Shown here: positions 28,629 to 37,935 of the stretch, in pieces
How the letters are laid out: each line of letters begins with the position of its first letter
Numbering within the stretch: position 1 is the first letter of the stretch
Assembly (NCBI GenBank): GCA_963708025.1
Contig: CAVPSB010000012.1
Span: forward strand, 224,001-288,000
Source: an uncultured Candidatus Rokubacteria bacterium
GTDB lineage: Bacteria; Methylomirabilota; Methylomirabilia; Rokubacteriales; DASRDR01
Direction: 5' to 3'
Length of the DNA: 64,000 nt
Notes under the pieces: generated by a model
Told to the model about the DNA's origin: nothing
Seen by the model: only the letters and a program-made list of their open reading frames with translations
Databases searched by the model: none
Translations under genes and position numbers: made by a program

Positions 28629-28721
28629 GGGTACTGCTCGAGAGCCCGCGGCTTGTCCGGGCCGGCCGGAGCGCCGACCTCCTGCGCCTCCACCGCGCCT
28701 ACATGGGCCTGGACGGCGGAG
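28628..28721 (+). repeat. Degenerate second copy of the livF 3' end
   Basis: Aligns to 28017-28121 with 1-nt and 9-nt deletions and several third-position changes. Confidence 0.9.
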
Positions 28722-28868
28722 GTCGGGGCGCCGGCCGGGGGGCACCGGCCGGGGGGCGCCTTGACGCCTGGCCGGCGGCCGTGGTACTGGGCGGCTACAG
28801 CGCCAGGGGGGCCAAGGAGTCGTTCGGATGGCAATGCACCCAGCGTGCAGAGAGGATCGGTGAGCGCG

Positions 28869-30425
28869 ATGGCACAGGACAGGGCACGGAACGCGGGGCT
28901 CGGCAGGCGGGAGATGCTCGGTGTCCTCGGGGCCGGCGTGGCCGCGAGCGCGGCGCCTCGCTGGGCGGGCGCCCAGGTGGCGAAGAGCGTGGACACCCTC
29001 AAGGTGGCCATCTCGGGCGACCCCGGCGCCCTCCAGCCGTGGATCGTCAACGGGATGCCGATGTTCTCCACCTTCTGGCCGACCGTCTACGAGTCGATTC
29101 TCTGGCACGACGAGAAGATGAACCTCGTCCCGAACCTGGCCGAGAAGTGGGAGGTCAGCGGCGCCGACATCAAGCTGTATCTGAAGAAAGGCGTCACCTA
29201 CCACAACGGCAAGCCGTTCGACGCGGAGTCGGTCAAGTACGCCGTGGAGTGGATCACGGCGCCGACGTCCAAGGCGCTGTGGAAGTCGATGATCGCGGCC
29301 ATCAAGCGGACGACGATCCACGACGCCCACACCATCACGCTCCACATGGAGAAGCCCTTCCGCTCGGTGCTGATGAACCTGGTCACCATCGCCATGATCG
29401 AGCCGGGCCACGCCCAGGCGGTGGGCGACCGGATCGGACTCCAGCCGGTGGGCACCGGCCCCTACCGGTTCGTGGAGTACGTGCCGGGCTCCCACCTGAT
29501 CATCGAGCGCAACGAGGGCTACTACGGGCCCAAGCCGAAGATCGCGCGCATGCACTTCCGGTGGATCCCGGAGAACGGCACCCGGCTCTCGGCGCTGGAG
29601 TCGGGCGAGGTCCACTTCATCAACAACGTGCCGCCGGACCAGGTGGGTCGCGTCGAGGGGAACGCCAAGCTGAAGCTCCTCAGCACGCCGACCGCCCGCA
29701 TCATCTACATGGCGTTCCGGTGCGACCGCGCGCCGTTCAGCGACAAGCGGGTGCGCCAGGCGATCAACTTCGCGGTGGACAAGCAGGCCATCACGAAGAA
29801 CATCTTGCGCGGCAAGGCCCAGGCGGCGACCACGCCCATCGCGCCGATGATCCTGGGCGGCGACGCCAGCCTGCCCCCTTACAACTACGATCCCGAGAAG
29901 GCCAAGGCGCTCCTCAAGGCGGCGGGAGCCGAGGGGGCGACCGTCAACATGGGCTCGCCCAACGGGCGCTACATCATGGACCGGCAGGTGGCGGAGGCGG
30001 TCCAGGGCTACCTCCAGAAGGTCGGGCTCAAGGTGACCCTGGAGACGCCCGAGTGGGCCACCTACCTGGGCGAGGTGGTGAAGGGCGACAAGTCCAAGTA
30101 CGACATGCACCTCCTCGGGTGGGGCGTCATCACCATGGAGCCGGACTACCAGGTCCGTGACCACTACCACTCGGCGAACAACGCCAAGTGGAACGCCTAC
30201 ACCAACAAGGAGCTCGATCGGGCGATGGACGAGGCGGTGCTCATCATGGACCCCGCCAAGGCCCGGCCCGCCTACCACAAGATCTTCGCGACCGTGTGGG
30301 AGGACGCGCCGTGGCTCTTCCTGCACTACCAGCCCGAGCTGATCGGCGTCAACAAGCGCCTGACGAACTTCGCGCCGCTACCCGATGAGTGGCTCCGATT
30401 CCCCACCATCGACCTGCCAGCTTGA
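28869..30425 (+). CDS. Peptide/nickel ABC substrate-binding protein (family 5), Tat-like signal
   Basis: GRREMLG twin-arginine signal, PNLAEKW, GTGPYRF, D.RVRQAIN.AVD. Confidence 0.93.
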   Translation: MAQDRARNAGLGRREMLGVLGAGVAASAAPRWAGAQVAKSVDTLKVAISGDPGALQPWIVNGMPMFSTFWPTVYESILWHDEKMNLVPNLAEKWEVSGADIKLYLKKGVTYHNGKPFDAESVKYAVEWITAPTSKALWKSMIAAIKRTTIHDAHTITLHMEKPFRSVLMNLVTIAMIEPGHAQAVGDRIGLQPVGTGPYRFVEYVPGSHLIIERNEGYYGPKPKIARMHFRWIPENGTRLSALESGEVHFINNVPPDQVGRVEGNAKLKLLSTPTARIIYMAFRCDRAPFSDKRVRQAINFAVDKQAITKNILRGKAQAATTPIAPMILGGDASLPPYNYDPEKAKALLKAAGAEGATVNMGSPNGRYIMDRQVAEAVQGYLQKVGLKVTLETPEWATYLGEVVKGDKSKYDMHLLGWGVITMEPDYQVRDHYHSANNAKWNAYTNKELDRAMDEAVLIMDPAKARPAYHKIFATVWEDAPWLFLHYQPELIGVNKRLTNFAPLPDEWLRFPTIDLPA

Positions 30426-30432
30426 CGAAGGG

Positions 30433-30493
30433 GGGGTCAGGCCTTTCATTCTCGACGATCTGATGAATTGTCAAGAATGAAAGGCCTGACCCC
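30433..30493. repeat. Perfect 20-bp inverted repeat (REP-like hairpin)
   Basis: GGGGTCAGGCCTTTCATTCT (30433-30452) and AGAATGAAAGGCCTGACCCC (30474-30493). Confidence 0.9.
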
Positions 30494-31417
30494 ATGAGTC
30501 TCCGCTACGTCGTCCGGCGGTCGCTCCACTCCGTCGGCCTGCTGGTGGGGGTCAGCCTGGTCGTCTTCCTCCTCCTCCACGTCGTGCCGGGCGATCCGGC
30601 CCAGGTGCTCCTGGGCGACCAGGCCACGCCCCAGCGGGTGGCGGAGATCCGGACGGCGCTGGGGCTCGACCGGCCGCTCCCCGAGCAGTACTGGCGGTTC
30701 GCGAGCCGGGCGGTGCAGGGGGACTTCGGCCAGTCCATCCGGGCGATGCGGCCGGTGCTGCCCTACGTCGTCGAGCGCCTGCCGGCGACTTTGGAGCTGG
30801 CGCTCGGGGCCCTGCTCATCTCCACCGGCCTCGGCATCCCGCTCGGCGTCCTGGCGGCGGCTCGCCGCCGCTCGGCCTGGGACTTCTCGTCAACGGCGCT
30901 GGCGCTCCTGGCCCAGTCGGCGCCGAACTTCTGGGTGGGCCTGATCCTCATCACCGTTTTCTCGGTCAAGCTCGGGATCCTGCCGGTGTCCGGGCGTGGT
31001 GGGCTGGCGCACCTCGTGCTGCCCAGCGTCACGCTGGCCATCTTCTTCCTCGGCCTGGTGGTGCGGCTCACCCGCTCGGGCATGCTCGAGGTGCTGGCCC
31101 AGGACTACGTCCGCACCGCCGGCGCCAAGGGCCTGCCCGAGCGCCTCGTCGTCTTCCGGCACGCGCTGAAGAACGCCATGATCCCGATCGTCACCGTGCT
31201 CGGCCTCCAGGTCGGCACCTTGCTGAGCGGCGCGGTGGTGACGGAGACGGTCTTCGCCTGGCCGGGGATGGGGCAGCTGGCGGTGCAGGCGATCTATCAG
31301 CGTGACTACCCGGTGGTCCAGTGCATCGTGCTCCTCCTGGGCGGCGTGTTCGTCGTGGTCAACTGGCTGGTCGACATGAGCTACACACTGCTCGACCCTC
31401 GCATCCAGCATGGCTAG
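30494..31417 (+). CDS. Peptide ABC permease (DppB/OppB-like)
   Basis: PGDPA, GLDRP, DYVRTA.AKGL, ETVFAWPG.G, DPRI. Confidence 0.93.
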   Translation: MSLRYVVRRSLHSVGLLVGVSLVVFLLLHVVPGDPAQVLLGDQATPQRVAEIRTALGLDRPLPEQYWRFASRAVQGDFGQSIRAMRPVLPYVVERLPATLELALGALLISTGLGIPLGVLAAARRRSAWDFSSTALALLAQSAPNFWVGLILITVFSVKLGILPVSGRGGLAHLVLPSVTLAIFFLGLVVRLTRSGMLEVLAQDYVRTAGAKGLPERLVVFRHALKNAMIPIVTVLGLQVGTLLSGAVVTETVFAWPGMGQLAVQAIYQRDYPVVQCIVLLLGGVFVVVNWLVDMSYTLLDPRIQHG

Positions 31418-31457
31418 TGGGCGGGGCCGATGAGCGTCGCATCGCGGCGTCCTCGGT

Positions 31458-31526
31458 CGTCGCCGATCCTCGGCGTACTCGGAGTACGCCTGCGGTCGGC
31501 GACTCCCTGCGTCCTAGCGCTGCTCG
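31458..31526 (+). repeat. 69-nt palindromic repeat, copy 1
   Basis: Identical to the reverse complement of 61609-61677; core hairpin GGCGTACT-CGG-AGTACGCC. Confidence 0.92.
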
Positions 31527-31563
31527 CTCCTCGGCCCCGCCCCAAGGCCCACGCCGACGACTC

Positions 31564-32425
31564 ATGAACTGGACGAGCGTTCGCTGGCGGCGGGTTGGGC
31601 GGCACCGGGCCGCGGTGGCGGGGGCGCTGGTCGTCGTCCTGGTGGCCGGGACCGCGCTGGCGGCCGCCCGGCTGGCGCCGCGGGACCCGCTGGCCCAGGA
31701 GGTCATCGCCCGCCTGCAGGAGCCGGGCTGGAGCGACGGCAGCGGGTGGACGGCCTGGCTCGGCACCGATCACCTCGGGCGCGACATCCTCTCCCGTCTC
31801 GTCTACGGCAGCCGCATCTCGCTCCTCGATCAGCGTGACCAGCGTGGCCGGGTCGCTCCTGCTGGGGCTGGCCCTCGGGCTCCTGGCCGGGTTCTACGGC
31901 GGCCCCACCGACGCCGTGATCATGCGCCTGACCGACCTCCAGCTCGCCTTCCCGTTCATCCTGTTGGCGCTGGCCATCGTGGCGCTGCTGGGTCCGAGCC
32001 TCCGGAACATCGTCGTCGTCTTCATCGTCACCTCCTGGCCGATCTACGCCCGGGTGGTCCGGGGCTCGGTGCTGAGCCTGCGGGAGCTGGATTTCGTCTC
32101 CGCGGCGCGAGCGCTGGGGCGCCGGGAGGCCGGCATTCTGCTCCGCCACATCACGCCCAACACGATCGCCCCGCTGACGGTCATCGCCTTCTTCGAGATG
32201 GCGCGCATGATCATCACCGAGGCCGCCCTCGGCTTCCTGGGTCTCGGCGTGCAGCCGCCCATCGCCACCTGGGGGAACATGCTGGCCGACGGCCGGGATT
32301 ACATCCGCGATGCCTGGTGGCTGTCCGCCTTCCCCGGGCTCGCCATCATGGTCACCGCCAGCGGCGTCAACTTGCTGGGCGACGGCTTGCGGGACCTGCT
32401 CGATCCCCGCGACCGGAACCGTTGA
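31564..32425 (+). CDS. Peptide ABC permease (DppC/OppC-like), frameshifted near 31825
   Basis: LGTDHLGRDILSR.VYGSRISL in one frame; AFPFILLA, EAALGFLGLG, WG.ML, GDGLRD.LDPR in the next. Confidence 0.9.
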
Positions 32426-32439
32426 GGAGGCCTTCTCTC

Positions 32440-34623
32440 GTGCAGAGCCACCGACTCGGCTGTGACATCGGCGGGACGTTCACCGACCTGGTGCTGCTGG
32501 ACGAGGAGAACGGCAGCGTCGAGGTGCTCAAGGTGCCCAGCACACCCGCCGACCCGGCGGCGGCGGTGCTCGACGGCACCCGCACGCTCCTCGAGCGCGC
32601 CGGGGCGACGGCCGGGGGGGTGGTGGCCTTCATCCACGGGACTACCCTGGCCGTGAACACGCTGCTCCAGCGATCGGGGGACCGGGTCGGCCTCATCGTG
32701 ACCCGCGGGTTCCGGGACCTCCTGGAGCTGCGCCGCCTCCGCCTGCGCGAGGCGCAGAACTTCTTCGTGGACAAGCCCGAGGCGCTGGTGCCGCGGGAGC
32801 TGGTGCGCGAGGTGAGCGAGCGCCTCCTGGTCAGCGGCGAGGAGTACCGGCCCCTCGATCGGAGGGAGGTCGAGCGGGCCGCCGACGAGCTGGTGGCGGC
32901 CGGCTGCCAGGCGATCTCCATCTGCTTCCTGCACAGCTACGTCGATGGCGCCCACGAGCGGGCGACCCGGGCCCTGGTCGAGGCGCGGCACCCAGGCGTC
33001 TACGTCTGCACGTCCCACGAGCTGTGGCCCCAGCGCCGCGAGTACGAGCGCGGCCTGGTCACGGTCATGAACGCCCACGTCGGCGGCCGGATGCGCGAGT
33101 ACTTCGGGCGGCTCGAGCGCGGGCTTCGGGGACTCGGGGACTTCAGGGCGCCGGTGCTGTCGATGCGGTCGAACGGCGGCGTGATGACCGCGCGCTCGGC
33201 GGGCGAGCTGCCGGCGCACACCCTGTTCAGCGGTCCGGCCTCGGGGGTGATCGGGGCGGCCTGGGTGGCGGCCCAGGCCGGCTGGCCGCGGGTGATCACG
33301 CTGGACATGGGCGGCACCTCGGCCGACGTCTCGGTGGTGGACGGCGGCCCGGCCTACTCGACCGAGGCGATGGTGGGGGAGTTCCCGGTCATCATGCCGT
33401 CCATCGACATCTCCTCCATCGGCGCCGGCGGGGGCTCCATCGCCCGTGTGGACTCGGCGGGCCTGCTCAAGGTCGGGCCGACCTCGGCCGGCTCCGACCC
33501 GGGTCCGGCCTGCTACGGCCGGGGCGGGACGCAGCCGACGGTCACCGACGCCTACGTCACGCTCGGCGTCCTCCACCCCGAGCGGTTCCTGGGCGGCGAC
33601 CTGCCGCTCGACCCGGACCGCGCCCACGCCGCGCTGGAGGCGCTGGGCGGCCGCCTGGGGATCGATCGCCACGAGGCCGCCTGGGCGGTGCTGGAGGTCG
33701 CCACCGCCAACATGTACGCCCAGCTCACGCCGCTCCTCGCCAAGCACGGCGTGGATCCCCGCGAGTACGCCATCCTGCCCTACGGCGGCGCCGGGCCGAC
33801 CCACGTGTTCCTGCTGGTCCGCGAGGTTGGCATCCCGCGCGTGGTGGTGCCGGTCCTGCCGGGGGCGCTCTGCGCGCTCGGCTGCCTCGTCGCCGACCTC
33901 CGGGCGGACTTCGTCGCCACCGTCCAGCGCCAGTCGACGGAGCTCCCGGCCCACGAGCTGGAGAAGGCCTTCCAGGACCTGGAGGGGCGAGCGCGCGACT
34001 GGATCAAGCGGGAAGGCCTGCCGGTCCCGGAGCAGCGGTTCCTCCGCTCCGCGGAGATGCGCTACACGGGCCAGTCCTTCGAGGTCAGCGTGCCGCTGCC
34101 CGGGGGCCCGATCACCGAGTTCGCTCCCGTGCTGGCGGCCTTTCACCAGGCCTACGATCGGACGTACGGCTACGTGGACCAGGCGGCGCCGGTCGAGGTG
34201 GTCGACGTGCGCCTCCAGGTCGTGGCCACCGTGCCGCGCCCGGCGCCGTCGCCGCCGGCGACCGTGGTGGCGCGGGACGTCCCGGCGCCGTCGCGCCGAC
34301 GCCTCTACTTCGACGGCAGCTTCGTGGACGCGGCCGTCCATCGGCGAGCGGACCTCCGGCCGGGGGACATCTTCCCCGGGCCGGCGGTCGTGGAGCAGTA
34401 CGACAGCACCACGCTGCTGCCGCCGGGCTTCCGGATGCGGGTGGACGCCTGGGGCAACCTGATCGGCGAGGCCGTTGTGAGAGCTCGGGCAGGAATTCGC
34501 CACGACGAGTGGCGAGAGACGGAGCTCGATTCCCCGCGCGGGGGCAGCGCGGGAGTCGCGAGGACCAGCCCCCCTCCCCCCGGTGGGTGGGGAGGGGACG
34601 GGGGTGGGGGAGGTACCGAATGA
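32440..34623 (+). CDS. Hydantoinase A/oxoprolinase family protein
   Basis: GCDIGGTFTD, HGTTLAVN, SGPASG, DMGGTS, PGPACYG; C-terminus reads through a repeat. Confidence 0.93.
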   Translation: MQSHRLGCDIGGTFTDLVLLDEENGSVEVLKVPSTPADPAAAVLDGTRTLLERAGATAGGVVAFIHGTTLAVNTLLQRSGDRVGLIVTRGFRDLLELRRLRLREAQNFFVDKPEALVPRELVREVSERLLVSGEEYRPLDRREVERAADELVAAGCQAISICFLHSYVDGAHERATRALVEARHPGVYVCTSHELWPQRREYERGLVTVMNAHVGGRMREYFGRLERGLRGLGDFRAPVLSMRSNGGVMTARSAGELPAHTLFSGPASGVIGAAWVAAQAGWPRVITLDMGGTSADVSVVDGGPAYSTEAMVGEFPVIMPSIDISSIGAGGGSIARVDSAGLLKVGPTSAGSDPGPACYGRGGTQPTVTDAYVTLGVLHPERFLGGDLPLDPDRAHAALEALGGRLGIDRHEAAWAVLEVATANMYAQLTPLLAKHGVDPREYAILPYGGAGPTHVFLLVREVGIPRVVVPVLPGALCALGCLVADLRADFVATVQRQSTELPAHELEKAFQDLEGRARDWIKREGLPVPEQRFLRSAEMRYTGQSFEVSVPLPGGPITEFAPVLAAFHQAYDRTYGYVDQAAPVEVVDVRLQVVATVPRPAPSPPATVVARDVPAPSRRRLYFDGSFVDAAVHRRADLRPGDIFPGPAVVEQYDSTTLLPPGFRMRVDAWGNLIGEAVVRARAGIRHDEWRETELDSPRGGSAGVARTSPPPPGGWGGDGGGGGTE
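34560..34622 (+). repeat. C-tract/G-tract repeat, copy C; ends on the hydantoinase B ATG
   Basis: CCCCCTCCCCCCGGTGGGTGGGGAGGGG...GGAGGTACCGA-ATG (34620). Confidence 0.8.
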
Positions 34624-36612
34624 AAGAGCGGGCGATCCTGCTGGAGGTGCTCCGGAACCGCTTTCAGGCCATCGTCGAGGAGATGGCGGTCCTCATCCTG
34701 CGGGCCGGGCACACGATCTTCGTCAAGGAGACCTCCGACTTCGGGGCCGCCCTCGTCTCGACGCGGGGCGAGGTGGCCGCCGCCCCGGTCGCGACCGGCG
34801 TCGCCCTGATGGTCGGGATGCCGTGCGACACGGCGGTCGCCCTCTCCCGGCAGCTCGGCGAGGACGAGGGCGACGTCTTCATCAGCAACGACGTCCACGC
34901 CACCGGCGGCATGGCCACCCACCTGCCGGACATCTTCGTCTGGAAGCCGATCTTCCACGAGGGGCAGGTGATCTGCTACGCGTGGACCTTCATGCACTGC
35001 TCCGACGTCGGGGGGCGGGTGCCCGGCTCCATCTCGCCGGCCAACACCGACATCTTCCAGGACGGCCTCCGCATCCCGGTGCTGAAGCTCTTCAAGCGAG
35101 GCGGCCTGAACGAGGACTTCCTGCGTCTCTTCATGGCCAACTGCCGCATCCCGGACACCAACTGGGGGGACATCAAGGCCCTGGTCGCCTCGCTGAACAC
35201 GGCGGAGAAGCGCGTGCACGACCTGGTCGGCCGCTACGGCGCCGACGCCGTCCACAAGGGGATCGAGCAGGTGCTCGATTACGCCGAGCTGCAGGCCCGG
35301 GAGGCGTTCGCGCAGATCCCCGACGGGACCTACGTCTTCTGGGACTACCTGGAGGGGGACGCCGGCGGCGGGCGGCCGATCCGGGTCAAGCTCGCGATGC
35401 GGGTCCAGGCCGGGGAGATCACGCTGGACTTCTCCGACACCGACCCGCAGACTCGCGAGTCCTACAGCCTTCCCACCCACGAGAAGCGGGGCCACTGGCA
35501 GCTGGTGTTCGGCCTGGTGAACTACCTCCGCTCGACGCGCGGGGACCTCGCCTTCAACTCCGGGCTGGTGCGTCCCATCGGCGTGGTGGCGCCGCGCGGC
35601 AGCCTCCTCAACCCCGAGCCCGGCGTCTCGGTCGGCAACCGCTCCGCGACGCAGGTGCGCCTCCTGGACGTGGTGACGGGAGCGCTGGCGCAGGCCCGGC
35701 CCGACCTGATCCCCGCCGCCGGCGCCGGGCAGGCCTCGATCATGGTGATCCAGCTCCCGGACCTGGCAGACCGGCGGCAACAAGGTGAACGTCGTGCAGC
35801 CGCTGATGGGCGGCTCGGGCGCCCGGCCGTTCCGGGACGGCATCGACGGCATCGACTACGCGTGGGGGTTTCTCCGGAACGTGCCGGCCGAGGCCATCGA
35901 GACGGAGCTGCCGATCCTGATCGAGCGCTACGGCATGCGCCCCGACTCCATGGGCGCGGGACGCTGGCGCGGCGGTGCCGGCATCGAGCTGGAGGTGAAG
36001 GTCTTCCCCCCCAACGCCCACGTCGCCTCGCGGGCGATGGAGCGCTACGTCTTCCGGCCGTGGGGCCGCCAGGGCGGTGGCCCGGCGTGCACGGGCTACA
36101 CGCGCCTCAATCCGGGCACGCCGCGCGAGAAGGAGATCGGCAAGATCGACGTGCTGCGCCTCGAGCCGGGGGACGTGATCCGCGTCGGGACGCAGGGGGG
36201 CGGTGGGTTCGGCGATCCGCTGGAGCGCGAGCCCGAGCGCGTCCGGGCCGACGTCCAGGCGGGCCTCCTGAGCCGGGAGCGGGCGCGCGAGGACTACGGC
36301 GTCGTGTTCGGTGGCGACGGCGTCGACACCAAGGCCACCGAGGCGCTGCGGGCCGGGATGCGCCGGCGACACACCGGCCCGGTGCCGGCGTTCAGCTTCG
36401 GCGCCGAGCGGGAGGCCTACGAGCGGCTCTGGCCCGACCCGCTGCGCACCGCGCTGGTCCGGGCGCTCCTGCCCTATCCCGGGCGCTTGCGGACGTTTCT
36501 CTGGGAGCGGGTGAGCCGGGCGGTCGAGGAGCGGGTCCAGGCCGGCGACACCGTGACCCCGGAGGCGGTGCCGGGCATGCTGGCGGCAACCCTTTCCGGC
36601 CTGCGTTATTGA
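34620..36612 (+). CDS. Hydantoinase B/oxoprolinase family protein, frameshifted near 35770
   Basis: VEEM, KETSDF, THLPD, HCSDVGG.VPGS; continues with GAGRWRGG, GGGGFGDP in frame 35785-36612. Confidence 0.92.
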
Positions 36613-36847
36613 TGCGGGTTCTTCCGGCCCCCTCCCCCCAGCCACAGGCCGAAGGCCGTCCAACCGTAGAGGGAGAGGGGCTGGGGGGAGGGCGGGAGGT
36701 CCCCAGATGTCGTGACCCCGGAGGCGGTGCCGGGGATGGTCGCGGCAACCCTTTCCGGTCTCCGCTACTGATGCGGGTTCCTTCCGGCCCCCCTCCCCCC
36801 GGTGGGTGGGGGAGGGGGGTTGGGGGGAGGGCGGGAGGTATCGAATG
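36613..36847 (+). repeat. Two C-tract/G-tract repeats (copies D, E) separated by a second copy of the hydantoinase B 3' end
   Basis: 36552-36639 recurs at 36711-36800; copy D has GGCCGAAGGCC at 36647-36657; copy E ends GGAGGTATCGA-ATG (36845). Confidence 0.9.
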
Positions 36848-37732
36848 ACCGAGGCGCCGCCGCATCATCTCGTTCCGGCCTTCCTGCTCCGCCGGTTCGC
36901 CGACGAGGCGGGGCGGGTTCTCGTCGAGCGCCGGGACCGGAGCCGGCGGCTGATCCTGTCCCCCGACCAGGCGGCGGCGGACTCGGGGGCCTACACCGTC
37001 GGGCCGGGGGCCGGCGCCGCCGGAGGCCTCGAGCCCTTGCTGAGCCGCATCGAGGCCGGCGCGCCGGCCGCCGTCGAGCGCATGGTCGGGGGCGCCTTTC
37101 CGCCGACCGAGGCGGATCGCGCGTGCCTCTCGGTGTTCTTCGGCCTCCGGCTGCTGCTGGCCCCGGGGCCGCGCGCAGCCGTGGCGCAGGCGGTGAGCGT
37201 GCTCGGCGAGATCGTCGGCGCCGGCGTGGAGCAGCTCGAGCAGGCGGCCGCGGAGGCCGAAGAGGACGACACCCCCGACACCCCCGATACCCCAGAGGCG
37301 TCCGAGGCCCCCGACGCGCCGCCGCCGCCCGAGGCGGCGCACGTACTGCTGCACGACGGCGAGCCGACCCCCCGCAGCCTCGCCCGCCTGCCCCGGGTGG
37401 CGCGGCTCCTGGCCGCGCGGACGTGGCAGCTCCTCCGGTTCCCGGGCCGGGTTCTCCTCACCGGGGACGCGCCGGCGGTGTTGTGGAGTCGGCCGGGCGG
37501 GGCCAAGCTCTACCAGGTCGGCCTCGTCACGGCGGATGAGGTTCGCGTCCCGCTCGATCCCCGGCACGCGCTCATCCTGGCCCGCCACGGCCCGGCCGGC
37601 GAGGTCGTACGCGACCTGGGCGACCGCCACGCCCGGGCGCTCAACCGGACGGTGGCGGAGGCGGCACTCGCGTGGATGTACTACCACCCCGAGTCCGACC
37701 CCATGGAAGGGGTCGAGCTGCCCACGCCGTGA
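36845..37732 (+). CDS. DUF4238-like protein
   Basis: HHLVPAFLLRRFA, LLTGDAP and VPLDPRHAL resemble DUF4238 motifs; acidic/Pro-rich insert. Confidence 0.75.
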   Translation: MTEAPPHHLVPAFLLRRFADEAGRVLVERRDRSRRLILSPDQAAADSGAYTVGPGAGAAGGLEPLLSRIEAGAPAAVERMVGGAFPPTEADRACLSVFFGLRLLLAPGPRAAVAQAVSVLGEIVGAGVEQLEQAAAEAEEDDTPDTPDTPEASEAPDAPPPPEAAHVLLHDGEPTPRSLARLPRVARLLAARTWQLLRFPGRVLLTGDAPAVLWSRPGGAKLYQVGLVTADEVRVPLDPRHALILARHGPAGEVVRDLGDRHARALNRTVAEAALAWMYYHPESDPMEGVELPTP

Positions 37733-37738
37733 AGCTCT

Positions 37739-37860
37739 TCGGGGGGTCTCGGAAGACCCCCCCCGAGGCCCCCCCTCGGAGGCCGCGACTCTTGGACGGC
37801 CTTCGGCCTTTGGGCCGCGGCGCGGAGCGGAACGCCTTGGCCGCGCGGCCGCGGCAGAGC
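37739..37860. repeat. REP-like palindrome, copy 2, with a GGCCTTCGGCC module
   Basis: 37739-37779 matches 11062-11103 inverted; module at 37798-37808. Confidence 0.8.
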
Positions 37861-37935
37861 GTCGCGAGAAGCCGACGGGATGGTGGGAGCGGGAGGGCCG
37901 TTCCCCCGGTGGCTCGTCCTCGGTAAGGTAGAGTC

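Noticed and set aside
28161-30326. 721-aa minus-strand ORF as a full gene
   Set aside because: Only the last ~155 codons are Fic-like; the rest is antisense to the binding-protein gene
31321-34623. 1100-aa permease-hydantoinase fusion ORF
   Set aside because: Produced by the dppC frameshift; the hydantoinase has its own GAGGAGG and GTG at 32440
36552-36847. CRISPR array, or DGR template/variable repeat pair
   Set aside because: Only two units, no spacers or cas genes; differences are synonymous rather than adenine-specific, and no reverse transcriptase is present
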